Counted from the stretch's first letter, positions 1 to 9,760 are shown. The stretch is 64,000 nucleotides of DNA from Planctomycetota bacterium (GCA_044222185.1 JBGANV010000012.1:1-64000); one strand, 5' to 3'. Notes: generated by a model from the letters alone, not told the origin. Program-made: numbers and translations.

Positions 1-1114
1 AGAGCAGGTACGGCGAGCAGCCCGGCGCGGCGCGCATGGCGTCGCGAACGACGCCGCTTCGCGACTTCATCATCTGCTGGGCACGGGCGAAGAGCGCCGG
101 CGGCACCAGCGGCTCGTGCGTGCCCTCCGTGACGATCCAGTCCTCCTCGCGGTTCCGCTTCACCTTGCCGAGGTCGAACTTCGCGCGCGCCGTCGCGACC
201 CGCTTCTCGACCCTGTGGAACTTCGCGTAGCTGATCCGATTCCAGGCCGTGGCCCCCCGGTAGGCCGGGTTGCGGAGGATCTCGCGGACCGTTCCCTGGC
301 TCCACGTGCCCTTCCAGCGGCTGCCCTCGCGGGCACCGACGGCGGTCGGGATCTGGTCACGGTTGAGGCGCGCCGCGATCGAGGCGTAGCCGGCCTCCTG
401 CAGCACGTACTCCTCGAAGATGCGGCGGACGACACCGACGCGCACGGGGTCGCCGGGGATCAGGTGCGCCGCGTCCTTCTTCGTGACCGGCAGGGGAGAG
501 CCGCGCGGCACGACCCGGATGAGCGTGCCGTCGATCGCGCGCTGCTCGCGGTCCCCGGATTCGAGGAACCGAACCGTCTGGTAGGGCACCCCGATCTGGT
601 CGACGTACTGGAGGTCGAACCCATACGGCGGCCGTCCACCGCACCAGCGGCCCTTCTCGACGCGCGAGACCTGTCCGCGGATCGTGACCTTCGAGAGGTC
701 GACGACGGTCTGGTGCGCCACGAACTGTTTGACGCCCAGGAGAAGATCGTCGGTCTGGTCGCCCCTGAGCCCCTCGGCGACGTAGACGACCTCGACGCCG
801 GCCTGCGCGAGCGTGTGGCGGTAGTACCCCGCCTCGTCCGCGCCGACGCGACCGAAGCGTGAGACGTCGTAGACGAGGATCTTGTCGAACGCGCGGGTCT
901 GCTGCTTCGCGTCCGCGACCATCCGGAGGAATGCCTTTCGGGCCTCGGTCTCGGCGCCTGAGATCGCGTCGTCCGTGTACGTCGCGACGATCGCCAACCC
1001 GCGTTCCCCCGCGAACCGCTCGATGGTCCGGCGTTGGTCGTCGATGGGCTGTTCCTGCCGGTCCGTACTTCGGCGCAGGTACATGGCTGCGCCGGTGATC
1101 GTGTTCTTCAGCAT
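1..1114 (-). CDS. Large serine recombinase (resolvase + recombinase domain), 3' end beyond the window
   Basis: Not in the ORF track because it has no stop in the window. Hand translation from ATG 1114 (RBS AGGAG upstream) gives MLKNTITGAAMYLRRSTDRQEQPIDDQ...YTDDAISG...KILVYDVSRFGR...GGRPPYG...IAARLN...WSQGTVREILRNPAYRG...THEPLV. These are the catalytic YxRxS, the DxSRxxR motif and LSR recombinase-domain motifs. Confidence 0.93.
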   Translation of the reverse strand, partial: MLKNTITGAAMYLRRSTDRQEQPIDDQRRTIERFAGERGLAIVATYTDDAISGAETEARKAFLRMVADAKQQTRAFDKILVYDVSRFGRVGADEAGYYRHTLAQAGVEVVYVAEGLRGDQTDDLLLGVKQFVAHQTVVDLSKVTIRGQVSRVEKGRWCGGRPPYGFDLQYVDQIGVPYQTVRFLESGDREQRAIDGTLIRVVPRGSPLPVTKKDAAHLIPGDPVRVGVVRRIFEEYVLQEAGYASIAARLNRDQIPTAVGAREGSRWKGTWSQGTVREILRNPAYRGATAWNRISYAKFHRVEKRVATARAKFDLGKVKRNREEDWIVTEGTHEPLVPPALFARAQQMMKSRSGVVRDAMRAAPGCSPYLL

Positions 1115-1468
1115 GCGGTGTTCTCCTCGTGCGTGTCGACCGACACACTGAGCCTCGAGGTTGCGGATTGATCCGGTCGGATCCGGGATTCCAGCGCCGC
1201 GCGGCCCGCGAGCCGCGCGAACATGCGCAGCGCGTCAACGGCCGAGAGATGCGGGATCTGGACGGGCGTGCCCCGATCTCGGTTCAGCCGTCCGGTCACT
1301 ACACTCATGAGGATCCGAGGTCCACGCACGTGGCCTCGCGTCCACGGCGTCGAGGCCAGTCGGCGGCTCCGTTCATCGCTCGCGCTGGACTTGCGTGTCC
1401 CCGCACGGGACAATCTCCCCACACTCGGCTCCTCAACGCGCCGGTGGCATCTCCGCTGGAGTCGCCAG

Positions 1469-1704
1469 TTGCCAAGCCTCGGGAAGTTTGGACCCTACCG
1501 CATCTTCTTCTTCTCCAACGAGAACGCTGAGCCTCCACACGTTCACGTCGATCGCGAGAATGCTGCGGCCAAGTTTTGGCTGGACCCAGTCGACCTCGCT
1601 GAGGCAGATGGCTTTCGTCCGCACGAACTGAGTAAGACCGAATCTTGGTCCTCAACAACCGCGATCGCTTCCTAAAGGCATGGAATGAGTTCTTCAATCG
1701 ATAG
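1469..1704 (+). pseudogene. DUF4160 family protein (putative toxin), frameshifted
   Basis: Starts LPSLGKFGPYRIFFFSNENAEPPHVHV...AKFWLDPV..GF.PHELSK and continues in another frame as ILVLNNRDRFLKAWNEFFNR*. One base appears missing near 1637-1638. Confidence 0.85.
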
Positions 1705-2053
1705 ATCAAGAGCGCGCGCACAAGATGTACGCTGCACGAAGGACGAGCTCGTTGTCGATCTCACCGACGGAAGAACCGTGACGGTCCCCCTGGTATGGTT
1801 CCCCCGCTTGGTGAATGCCTCGAAGGCCGTGCGGGCGAACTGGCACCTCGTCGGTCAGGGAATCGGTATCTCCTGGCCTGGCGCCGATGAAGACATCAGC
1901 GTCGAGGGGCTCCTGGCAGGTCGGCCCTCGCAGGAATCGCTGCAGTCGCTCGCAACTGCGGGAGTGCCCCCAAGCTCTGCGCAGACGATTCGAAGCCGTC
2001 GCCGCCGCCATCCTCGATCGGCGCGAGGCGCCCGCGCACACCTCCGGGATTGA
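1685..2053 (+). CDS. DUF2442 family protein (putative antitoxin partner); C-terminal tail probably altered
   Basis: LVVDLTDGRTVTVPLVWFPRL...GIGISWPGADEDISVEGLLAG is the DUF2442 signature, and the gene overlaps the DUF4160 3' end. Confidence 0.85.
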   Translation: MSSSIDRSRARAQDVRCTKDELVVDLTDGRTVTVPLVWFPRLVNASKAVRANWHLVGQGIGISWPGADEDISVEGLLAGRPSQESLQSLATAGVPPSSAQTIRSRRRRHPRSARGARAHLRD

Positions 2054-2255
2054 ACGCTCGCATAGCGAATTCTCATCCACTCTCGCAAAGAGCTCCAATG
2101 CGAGCCGTGCTGAGTGCCACAGCAATCTGCACTTTCTGTTCGAGAAACCGACACGGGCGAGGTGGTCGGGACGTGGGAACGGGTTGGCGCCGCCCGGCCG
2201 CGTCGGCGGTCGAAGCCGGGTACTCGGTCGTGCCGCTCGTGGAATGGTTGGCCCG

Positions 2256-2429
2256 TCAGGCCGCATCGGGCTCGGCTCCCGCCTGGGGACTCCTACAGAT
2301 CTCACAGCGCGCGGCTCGGTTCGCAGCCAGGCGCGCGGTTCGAGCTACCGCGCGCTGCGTGCTCAGGCTCCTCTCGACGTCGCCCGCGGTGCCGAGGTAC
2401 ATCTCGTCGGGCGTCGCGCCTCTGAACGC
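2256..2429 (-). pseudogene. 3' fragment of a DDE integrase-core transposase
   Basis: AFRGATPDEMYLG...ARTARLAANRAARCEIC resembles the C-terminus of rve-type IS transposases. It is cut off exactly at the IS21 left end (2430). Confidence 0.6.
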
Positions 2430-3095
2430 TGTCAGTGAGCAGTCAAAAGCAGCCAGGCGTGAGCGAATCAAAAAGCAGCCAGATTGAGCGGGTGCGAGAG
2501 GCGCCTGACGATGGCCGTTTCCCGTGGGGGCGGCCGTGGCAAACAAGCTCAAGATGGCGGACATCGAGAAGATCGAAGGGTTGTTGCGGCTTGGGTGGTC
2601 GCGGCGGCGGATCGCCTGTGAACTCGGGTTGGACCGAGGGGCGGTTCGCCGCTACGCGGACCGAGCGGAGTCAAAAGCAGCCATTCCGCTCGCCGGCACC
2701 GTTGCGAGTGCAGGAGTGGGTTCGGAGGCACGCCCGCCGGACGGCGAAGCAAGAGCGGACATTCCGCTCACCGGCGTTTCTGCTGAGCGAGCGGTCGAGA
2801 CGACCAACGTGTCGGCGCCGACGAAGGCCCACCGCGCCGCAGGTCGGCAGAGCAAGTGCGCAGCCTTCGCTGAGGCGATCCCAGAGGGGCTCGCCGCCGG
2901 GCTGACGGCGCAGCGGATTTTCCAGGACCTGCGCGCCGACCACGGTTTTGCCGGGGGCTACTACAGCGTGCAGCGGTTCGTGCGGCGATTATCGGCGTCA
3001 ACTCCGCTGCCGTTTCGACGCGTCGAGACCGCAGCCGGCGAAGAGGCGCAAATTGACTTCGGGCAAGGAGCGCCGACAATGGGCCCCGGATCGAC
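2430..3095 (+). mobile_element. IS21-family element, left end only (truncated)
   Basis: Terminal TGTCAGTGAGCAGTCAAAAGCAGCCA, with the CAAAA(A)GCAGCCA motif repeated at 2461-2481 and 2663-2683, followed by the istA 5' half. Confidence 0.85.
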
Positions 3096-3159
3096 GTCAT
3101 TGGCTGACGAAGACACCCCTCTGAACGCTTCCATCCGCTCGCGGCTTGCTATTGGCTGA
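2536..3159 (+). pseudogene. istA: IS21 transposase IstA, N-terminal fragment
   Basis: HTH GWSRRRIACELGLDRGAVRRY, then GLTAQRIFQDL..HGFAGGYYSVQRFV and ETAAGEEAQIDFG. Homology ends near 3090, so the DDE core is incomplete and istB is absent. Confidence 0.88.
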
Positions 3160-4714
3160 CGATCGCGACCTGTTCGAGTTGAAGCGAGACGGTCGAGCGC
3201 AGGTCATTTCCCTGGTAAGCGAAGTCGTCAGACACGAACCGCACGCCGACGTAGGGTCGATCCACGGCCCCATCCGGGATGGCCTCACGGATGCGGATCG
3301 GTTCGTTCGCACGCAATTCGAGAGTTGCCACCGGAAACTCGTCGATCAAGATCTGCACGTGAGCGCCATCGATCTCCGACCGCGGGAGACATCGCCCCCG
3401 GATGGACAGGATCCGCCCGGTCCCTCGCTTGAGCACCAACGCGGCGTAGGGGGATACAAACCCCAATTTGTCAATGCCCCCATGAATCTGTGCACAAGTG
3501 ACCGGGTTCAAATCGGGCCACGTGATCTCGGATTGAAGTGGCTTCCCAAGCACCTTGGTCTCCGTCGTCCAGTCCGCAGTTGCCTCAGCAAGGCCGGCAA
3601 TGTGCACCGATTTCACTTCGTCGTCGGCTTCCTTCCAGGGCTGGAGGCTGACACGGGGGAGAAGGTGCCTCTCGACGATCACGCCATAAAGCAGCTTCGA
3701 GATACGCACGTTGCCGATGCGACTCCAGTGGTTGTCCGAGGCGGATATGCGATTCTCCGCTGTCTCCTGGAACGCTTTGGACACATGGACGATCTGATCT
3801 TCTCGCAGTCGACTGGCGAAATAATGCCGCGGCAGCTGTTCGTGCCCCCGCCAATTCAAGAGCAAGAGGTAGGCGCCTCCCCGCGCTGCGACAGCCTTGC
3901 TTGCGCGAAGGATGGCGTCACCCGCTGCCCGGTATCTCTCACGACTCTCGAAGTCCAAACCTTCATGTAACACGCCCGGTTCGGGTCCACCGAGGACCTC
4001 CATGGCATGTAATTGGAAGATGAGGCTTCCAGCTCGTTCGCGGTGCTGATCCGTGAATGTCGACGGCACGCCGAAGCCTCGGACAGACTGGGAGTCGTCG
4101 ATGTCGTTGTGGACCACGACATGGACCACCAGATCAGGCTGCAACAGTCCAAGTTGGCGCCGTAGGTACGCGCATTCGGCGAGGATGTTCCAACTAGGGA
4201 TTCCGATCTGGAGGACCTCGATCACACCCGGGGGCGCGATTGCGCGCGCGCGCAAAGACTCTTCGAGAAAGCGCCCGCAGCGGTCATCCAAGGCAACTCC
4301 AAGGCCGAACACGAATGAATCGCCTAACATCACGATCCGGACGACCCCTGGCGGTTTGGGAAGCTCATACTGCCGTTCACGAATCCCATAGGAGTTGGTC
4401 GAGACCACGACGTCATTGCCGCGGCCAACCTTGCCGTTGTAGTTCGGAGAGAGCACTCGCCCGACCTCGGGATCCGGATGGGAGTCCATCGAGCCACCCG
4501 CTCGTGTCACCAGTTCGCGAACCGCCTTTTCTTTCAGTTCAGGGTCGATAGTCGCTAATTGAACGAGCCGGTTGGCGTCCGGGCTGCCCGAAACGCACAA
4601 GTAGATCACGGCAATGAGCAAGGTGAGGACGATGGCCATGAGAACAGCGATCAGTCTGAAGGCTGTCCGAAGGCGAGGGTCTTGACCGGAATCAGGTGGG
4701 TTGATTGGCGGCAT
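3149..4714 (-). CDS. Membrane-anchored SGNH/GDSL hydrolase family protein
   Basis: N-terminal TM helix, TNSYGIRE, RIVMLGDSFVFG (block I), PDLVVHVVVHND (block III) and DNHWS (DxH). Confidence 0.88.
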   Translation of the reverse strand: MPPINPPDSGQDPRLRTAFRLIAVLMAIVLTLLIAVIYLCVSGSPDANRLVQLATIDPELKEKAVRELVTRAGGSMDSHPDPEVGRVLSPNYNGKVGRGNDVVVSTNSYGIRERQYELPKPPGVVRIVMLGDSFVFGLGVALDDRCGRFLEESLRARAIAPPGVIEVLQIGIPSWNILAECAYLRRQLGLLQPDLVVHVVVHNDIDDSQSVRGFGVPSTFTDQHRERAGSLIFQLHAMEVLGGPEPGVLHEGLDFESRERYRAAGDAILRASKAVAARGGAYLLLLNWRGHEQLPRHYFASRLREDQIVHVSKAFQETAENRISASDNHWSRIGNVRISKLLYGVIVERHLLPRVSLQPWKEADDEVKSVHIAGLAEATADWTTETKVLGKPLQSEITWPDLNPVTCAQIHGGIDKLGFVSPYAALVLKRGTGRILSIRGRCLPRSEIDGAHVQILIDEFPVATLELRANEPIRIREAIPDGAVDRPYVGVRFVSDDFAYQGNDLRSTVSLQLEQVAIVSQ

Positions 4715-5537
4715 TTGGATCCTGTTCGATTATGTTCGTTCGTTTGAAGCTCGTCGCCGGATTCATGCACTCCCGGAAGCGACTCCGGTATTGGACTGCG
4801 ATTCTCCGAAGACGGGCGGCGCCGGCTTCACTCCGGTCGCACCGACCGTCGCACCGGGCCGAGAACGGCTCCCTGAGATGCGCCACTTGCGCCGAGGGTC
4901 GAGTTCCTCCCCGCAGGTGGGCGCCTGTCGCGTGCGGCACAGGCCGCGGCGTGTGCCCGGAGTGAATCGCCCAAACAACGAGAACCCGTCGTGGATTCGC
5001 AGAGCTTCCATGCTGCCAGTCGTTCGGTCGCGAACGGCGCGGCGTTCGTGCCTGAGTGTCCTGTTGGGATGCTCGCAGCCACCCGAATCGACCGTCGCGA
5101 CTGGCGTGGGGAAGTTGTCACAGTCCATCGAGCCACCTCCATCGGAGGCGCGGAACCTACAGCCCAAGTCGAAAATTCTAGAGCGGGAGCGTTCACAGGG
5201 GTGGGGATCGAACGAGGCCATGACTCGGGTCGGTCGTATCTTATCGGCCAGCCGGGATGACGCGGCCCCTTCGACACGGTCGGAATTCGAGACCCCATCG
5301 CAGTGGACCCGTGCTGCGCCGACGCCGCGAAAGCCTGCGACCTCGTGGTGAGCGAACTCGGCCGAAGCCATGCACGGACTCAGCACCGAATGGGGTGCGG
5401 CTGCCACCGCGGAGCGGGGCAACTCGACAGTTCGTGGCACGCGCTGTAGACTCCCGGTCGCTGCTCTCCGAGCGGCTCCGGCGGTGGACGTTCCCCTCGT
5501 CAGCACGCCAGAATCGGGCGAGATACCCTCCTCTACC

Positions 5538-7364
5538 TTGAACATCCTCGGAATCTCCGCCTTCTACCATGACAGCGCGGCCTGCCTCGTCCGCGATGGC
5601 GACATCATTGCTGCTGCCCAAGAGGAGCGATTCACCCGCAAGAAACACGATCAGAGTTTCCCCTCCCACGCGGTCGACTACTGCTTGAAAGCTGGCGGGA
5701 TCGGCCCAGCGGACCTGGATCACGTCGCGTTTTACGACAAGCCGCTCCTGAAGTTCGAGCGCCTGGTCGAGACGTGGGTCGCGTTCGCGCCGCGCGGATT
5801 CTTCCTCTTCGCGAAGGGCCTGCCGGCTTGGGTTCGGCAGAAGCTGCACACACCCCGCGCGTTAGATCGGGGCCTGAACGGCGCATTCAAGGGACGCTAC
5901 ATCTTCACGGAGCACCACGAGTCGCACGCCGCGAGCGCGTTCTTCCCGTGTCCATTCGATGAGGCGGCAATCGTCACGATGGACGGCGTCGGCGAGTGGG
6001 CAACAGGGAGCATAGGCAGGGGACGCGGAAATCGGATCGATATCCTTCAGGAACTCCGCTTCCCTCATTCGCTCGGGCTCCTCTACAGCGCCTTCACCTA
6101 CTTCTGCGGATTCAAGGTCAACAGCGGCGAGTACAAGCTGATGGGGCTTGCGCCATACGGCGAACCGAGGTTCAAGAACGCCATCCTGGAGAAACTCATC
6201 GACCTGAAGGAGGACGGCTCCTTCCGGATGGACATGAGCTACTTCGCCTATTGCTGGAAGCAGGTGATGACGTCGTCGAAATTCGACGGTGTCTTTGGTG
6301 GCCCGCCGCGCGCTCGCGAGTCGAGGCTCACGCAGCGGGAGATGGACCTCGCGGCATCCATTCAGGCGGTGACCGAGGAAATCATGATGCGCGTGGCACG
6401 TCATGCGCATCGCATCACTGGGGCAAAGAGCCTTGTGCTGGCCGGGGGCGTCGCACTCAATTGCGTCGCGAACGGGAAGATCCTCCGTGAGGGCCCGTTT
6501 CAGAGCGTCTGGATTCAGCCCGCGGCCGGAGACGCCGGTGGGGCCCTCGGCGCGGCCATGTTCGTCTGGCATCAGCTCCTGGGTAAGCCTCGGACGGCTT
6601 CCGGGGCCGACGCCCAGAAGGGTTCGTTGCTGGGACCCGAGTTCAGCGACGCCGAAACGCAGGCGTTTCTCGACTCAGTCGGCGCGAAATTTCGGCGCTT
6701 CGCGAACGAGGAATCGCTCCACGACGCGGTCGCGGAGCTACTCGCGACGGAGCACGTGGTGGGTCGCGTTTCGGGGCGGATGGAATTCGGCCCGCGCGCT
6801 CTGGGCAGCCGATCGATCATCGGGGACGCGCGGTCGACGAAGATGCAGTCGGTGATGAACCTGAAAATAAAGTTTCGGGAATCGTTCCGGCCGTTCGCGC
6901 CAAGCGTATTGCGCGAGCATGTCCAGGACTGGTTCGAGACGCGTCCCATGGAGGACAGTCCCTACATGTTGATCGTGGCTCCTGTGCGCGCCGAAAAACG
7001 AACGATCTGCAACGGCGACGCGTCGGGGCTGGACAAATTGAAGCAGCTTCGATCGGTCGTGCCGGCGATCACCCACGTGGACCATTCGGCGCGCATCCAG
7101 ACCGTCGATGTCGAGCGACACGGCTCCTATTACCGGCTGATCCGTCGCTTCAACGAAAAGTCTGGGTGCCCTGTGATCATCAACACGTCGTTCAACGTCC
7201 GTGGCGAGCCGATCGTGTGCACTCCGCAGGATGCTTACCGCTGCTTCATGGCCACGAACATGGACGCGTTGATTCTCGGGAATCTCCTTCTATTGAAGAA
7301 TGAACAACCGCAGGCGCGCGACATCAAGATCGACGAGTACCTCAAGGAATTCGAACTCGACTAG
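5538..7364 (+). CDS. O-carbamoyltransferase (NodU/CmcH/SxtI family)
   Basis: TTG start, then NILGISAFYHDSAA, EERFTRKKH, EHHESHAASAF, GEYKLMGLAPYG, GGVALNCVANG, GRMEFGPRALG, KFRESFRPFAP and NTSFNVRGEPIV. Confidence 0.96.
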   Translation: MNILGISAFYHDSAACLVRDGDIIAAAQEERFTRKKHDQSFPSHAVDYCLKAGGIGPADLDHVAFYDKPLLKFERLVETWVAFAPRGFFLFAKGLPAWVRQKLHTPRALDRGLNGAFKGRYIFTEHHESHAASAFFPCPFDEAAIVTMDGVGEWATGSIGRGRGNRIDILQELRFPHSLGLLYSAFTYFCGFKVNSGEYKLMGLAPYGEPRFKNAILEKLIDLKEDGSFRMDMSYFAYCWKQVMTSSKFDGVFGGPPRARESRLTQREMDLAASIQAVTEEIMMRVARHAHRITGAKSLVLAGGVALNCVANGKILREGPFQSVWIQPAAGDAGGALGAAMFVWHQLLGKPRTASGADAQKGSLLGPEFSDAETQAFLDSVGAKFRRFANEESLHDAVAELLATEHVVGRVSGRMEFGPRALGSRSIIGDARSTKMQSVMNLKIKFRESFRPFAPSVLREHVQDWFETRPMEDSPYMLIVAPVRAEKRTICNGDASGLDKLKQLRSVVPAITHVDHSARIQTVDVERHGSYYRLIRRFNEKSGCPVIINTSFNVRGEPIVCTPQDAYRCFMATNMDALILGNLLLLKNEQPQARDIKIDEYLKEFELD

Positions 7365-7366
7365 CC

Positions 7367-7810
7367 ATGTCTCTCATCGAAGTTGATTTGAATCCACCGA
7401 AGGCGAAACTTCGGGTCTTCGGAGTCGCAGGGTTCGTCGTTCTCGCCGGCCTCGGGCTGCTGGTCTATTTCACTGGCGGATTGCCCTTCTGGAAGTTCCA
7501 ATCCGTCGCGGCGGTCGTTGCGGTCGTACTTTTGGTCGCGGCCGTGCTCTCAGGCCTGTTCGCGCTCATCGCGCCGTCATTGAACCGACCGTTGTGGGTC
7601 GCCCTGGTCCTGTTGAGCCTCCCGATCGGATTCATAGTGTCCTACGCAGTCCTCGTTGTCGTCTTCTTCGGCCTCATTACTCCGATCGGTCTCGGCTTTC
7701 GCCTGGTGGGGCGCGACGCCCTCAAACGCAGGTTCGAACCCGGCGCCCGGACCTACTGGGAGCCCCATAATGCGCCCGCGCAAACCGCGCAGTATTTCAG
7801 CCAGTTCTAG
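7367..7810 (+). CDS. SxtJ family membrane protein
   Basis: Hydrophobic 147 aa protein with LRVFG, FFGLITPIG...GRDAL.R, TYW and Y.SQF end, 2 bp downstream of the carbamoyltransferase. Confidence 0.85.
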   Translation: MSLIEVDLNPPKAKLRVFGVAGFVVLAGLGLLVYFTGGLPFWKFQSVAAVVAVVLLVAAVLSGLFALIAPSLNRPLWVALVLLSLPIGFIVSYAVLVVVFFGLITPIGLGFRLVGRDALKRRFEPGARTYWEPHNAPAQTAQYFSQF

Positions 7811-7879
7811 TGCGTTGGACCGGGGGATTCATTTCCGCCCGGCGAGATGAACGCTCGACCTGATGAGATGATGTTCACG

Positions 7880-8089
7880 ATGTCGACCAACGAAGTCAAA
7901 GAGCCCGCGTCCGAATTCGAATCCGAGGCAGCCAAGAGGCGCCGTGGCTTTGTGGAGGAGCTCTGGGCGTTCCTGAAGCACAACAAGAAATGGTGGTTGA
8001 TCCCGATCATCGTGATGATCGTCGTCCTCGGCGTCCTCGTCGTCCTGTCAGCGACCGGACTCGCCCCCTTCATCTACACGATGTTCTAA
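7880..8089 (+). CDS. DUF5989 family small membrane protein (SxtK-like)
   Basis: ELWAFLKHNKKWWLIPII...LAPFIYTMF signature; the start codon is uncertain. Confidence 0.88.
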   Translation: MSTNEVKEPASEFESEAAKRRRGFVEELWAFLKHNKKWWLIPIIVMIVVLGVLVVLSATGLAPFIYTMF

Positions 8090-8481
8090 TTGCCGTCGAC
8101 CACTCAGCGTTCGAGCGACCGGAATTGTCGAGGAGCGGAGTGTGACGACGCCCCGACCACCAGGAGTGCCGCGAGTTCAGTGAGGCGGTCGGGGAGCCGA
8201 GAGTCAGCAATGGATGGAGTGCTCGTGCTCGCCGACAAGACTCGTGAAATGCAAACATGGATTGTGCCGAAGAAGACCCCGAATTCGGCATCGGAAACCA
8301 CTGCCGTGCTGCCCATCACAGCCTCCTGGACTCTTTGTCCCAGAACTCGTCATCGCGACTACCCTGGTCCTCCATGAGACGACCGCCCTCCACGGCCGCT
8401 CGCAACCCGGACGACCACGCGAGGCTCCGTCGGAGGTCCCAAGCTTGACCGCGACGGATGGATGCTCGTTGGAGCGGTTCG

Positions 8482-8582
8482 GTGTTCTCTCCGACCCCTC
8501 AAGGCGAGGTCCGCGCCGCACCACCGAGAATACTCCGCGGCCCTCTGTGTTCTCTCCGGGCCCTCATTGCGAGGTCCGCGCC
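8482..8582. repeat. Two 36-bp imperfect direct repeats separated by 29 bp
   Basis: GTGTTCTCTCCGACCCCTCAAGGCGAGGTCCGCGCC (8482-8517) vs GTGTTCTCTCCGGGCCCTCATTGCGAGGTCCGCGCC (8547-8582), 32/36 identical. Confidence 0.75.
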
Positions 8583-9397
8583 ACCCAAATCAGAACAATC
8601 GTCATCCATCCCCGCCTCCGGCAGGCTGGTTTTGTTTTCTGCGAGCGTGACGAGCGGGCCCCCGCCATCGAGTACTGAGAGCACGGGTCGCAATGACCCG
8701 TGCTCTTTCCATTTCCGGGCACCACATCTCGGCCCTCCGAGGTCGCGCCGCCGTCTTCTGCGGGGCTGCAAGGCGTCCTCGGCACCTCGAAGAACGTGAT
8801 CGTCGCGGCGCCGCTCGCGGGGGCGGGGACGACTCGTTGGATCCGCCCGTGCGGAATCTCGTGTCGCATGGCGAGCGATCCGCGGCGAAAGACTTTCAAC
8901 ACCGCCACGAGATTACCGACGAGCCATCGCCACAAGAGGCTTGCCAACGCTGGAGGCGACCCGCCGCGCGCACGCGTCCTCGATCTCCGAACTGAATTCG
9001 TCGCCTTCGGTCCGCAGCGTCAAGACCTCCGGCTAAAGCGCCGCGGCGAGTGACGAAGTGAAGGAGGTGTTCATCTCGTCGAGCTACGTCTCCCGGGTGC
9101 GCAGCGACTCGCGACGCGCGTGCTTGTGTGCGGGCTCCGGCGTGTGGCCTCTGGCGCAAGCCTGAACGTGGCCGCTGTCGCCGCCGCGAGTCGGGGAGGG
9201 TTGGGCGCGCGAACCTGTACGCGCGCGGGTGCGAGTGGAGACCGTGGGGGAACGACCCGTCTCAACGGCTCGAAAGCGGACGATTTTTTCTTTCGCGAAA
9301 CGCGCTCGACGGGCCGTCGCCTCTCGTTTCAGACTGGACGAAATGCTGCCCGCACGTCGCGGGTGGGAGTTTCGCCGTCGGACCAAGGAGTCCCGAC

Positions 9398-9760
9398 ATG
9401 ACCACGATCCGCTTCATCTTCGCGCTTTCGCTACTCACGATCCTCACGGAGTTCTCGGCCGCCCAGACCGGCACGGCGTCGGCGACGACGGCTCACGGCC
9501 AAACGAACTTCGCCGTCCAGATCACCAACATCGGTTGGCGAAGAGGCGACAGCGTGGAGATCACCGTCACGTTCCCCGACGGCAGCCACCTCTACTTCAA
9601 CGGAACTGTCCTCGGAAACGGCACGAGCACCGGAGTGAACGTTCAGGATATCGTGGCGGGCAACGAGTCGAACTACGACGGACAGAACGTGACGATCACG
9701 GCGGACAATACCTCGAACCCGTCGGTCCCTGACGTCGTCGTGACGGCAACCGTGCAATGA
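9398..9760 (+). CDS. Small secreted beta-rich hypothetical protein
   Basis: AAGGAG RBS, signal peptide MTTIRFIFALSLLTILTEFSAA|Q and a Thr/Asn/Val-rich mature part with high-GC codon usage. Confidence 0.8.
   Translation: MTTIRFIFALSLLTILTEFSAAQTGTASATTAHGQTNFAVQITNIGWRRGDSVEITVTFPDGSHLYFNGTVLGNGTSTGVNVQDIVAGNESNYDGQNVTITADNTSNPSVPDVVVTATVQ

Noticed and set aside
116-1238. ORF-track calls at the left edge (116-862 +, 357-1238 -)
   Set aside because: They are off-frame or antisense to the serine recombinase, which the track missed because it has no stop in the window.
4720-5530. Genes or ncRNA in the 0.8-kb gap between the SGNH gene and the carbamoyltransferase
   Set aside because: No ORF with credible composition or motif, and no recognisable RNA structure.
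5538-8089. Saxitoxin biosynthesis cluster
   Set aside because: Only the widespread sxtI/J/K-like trio is present; there are no sxtA, sxtG or other pathway genes.
8800-9260. Possible tyrosine-recombinase (RIT-like) remnant on the minus strand (MNTSFTSSLAAAL*...)
   Set aside because: The resemblance is too weak, with internal stops and no catalytic motif.
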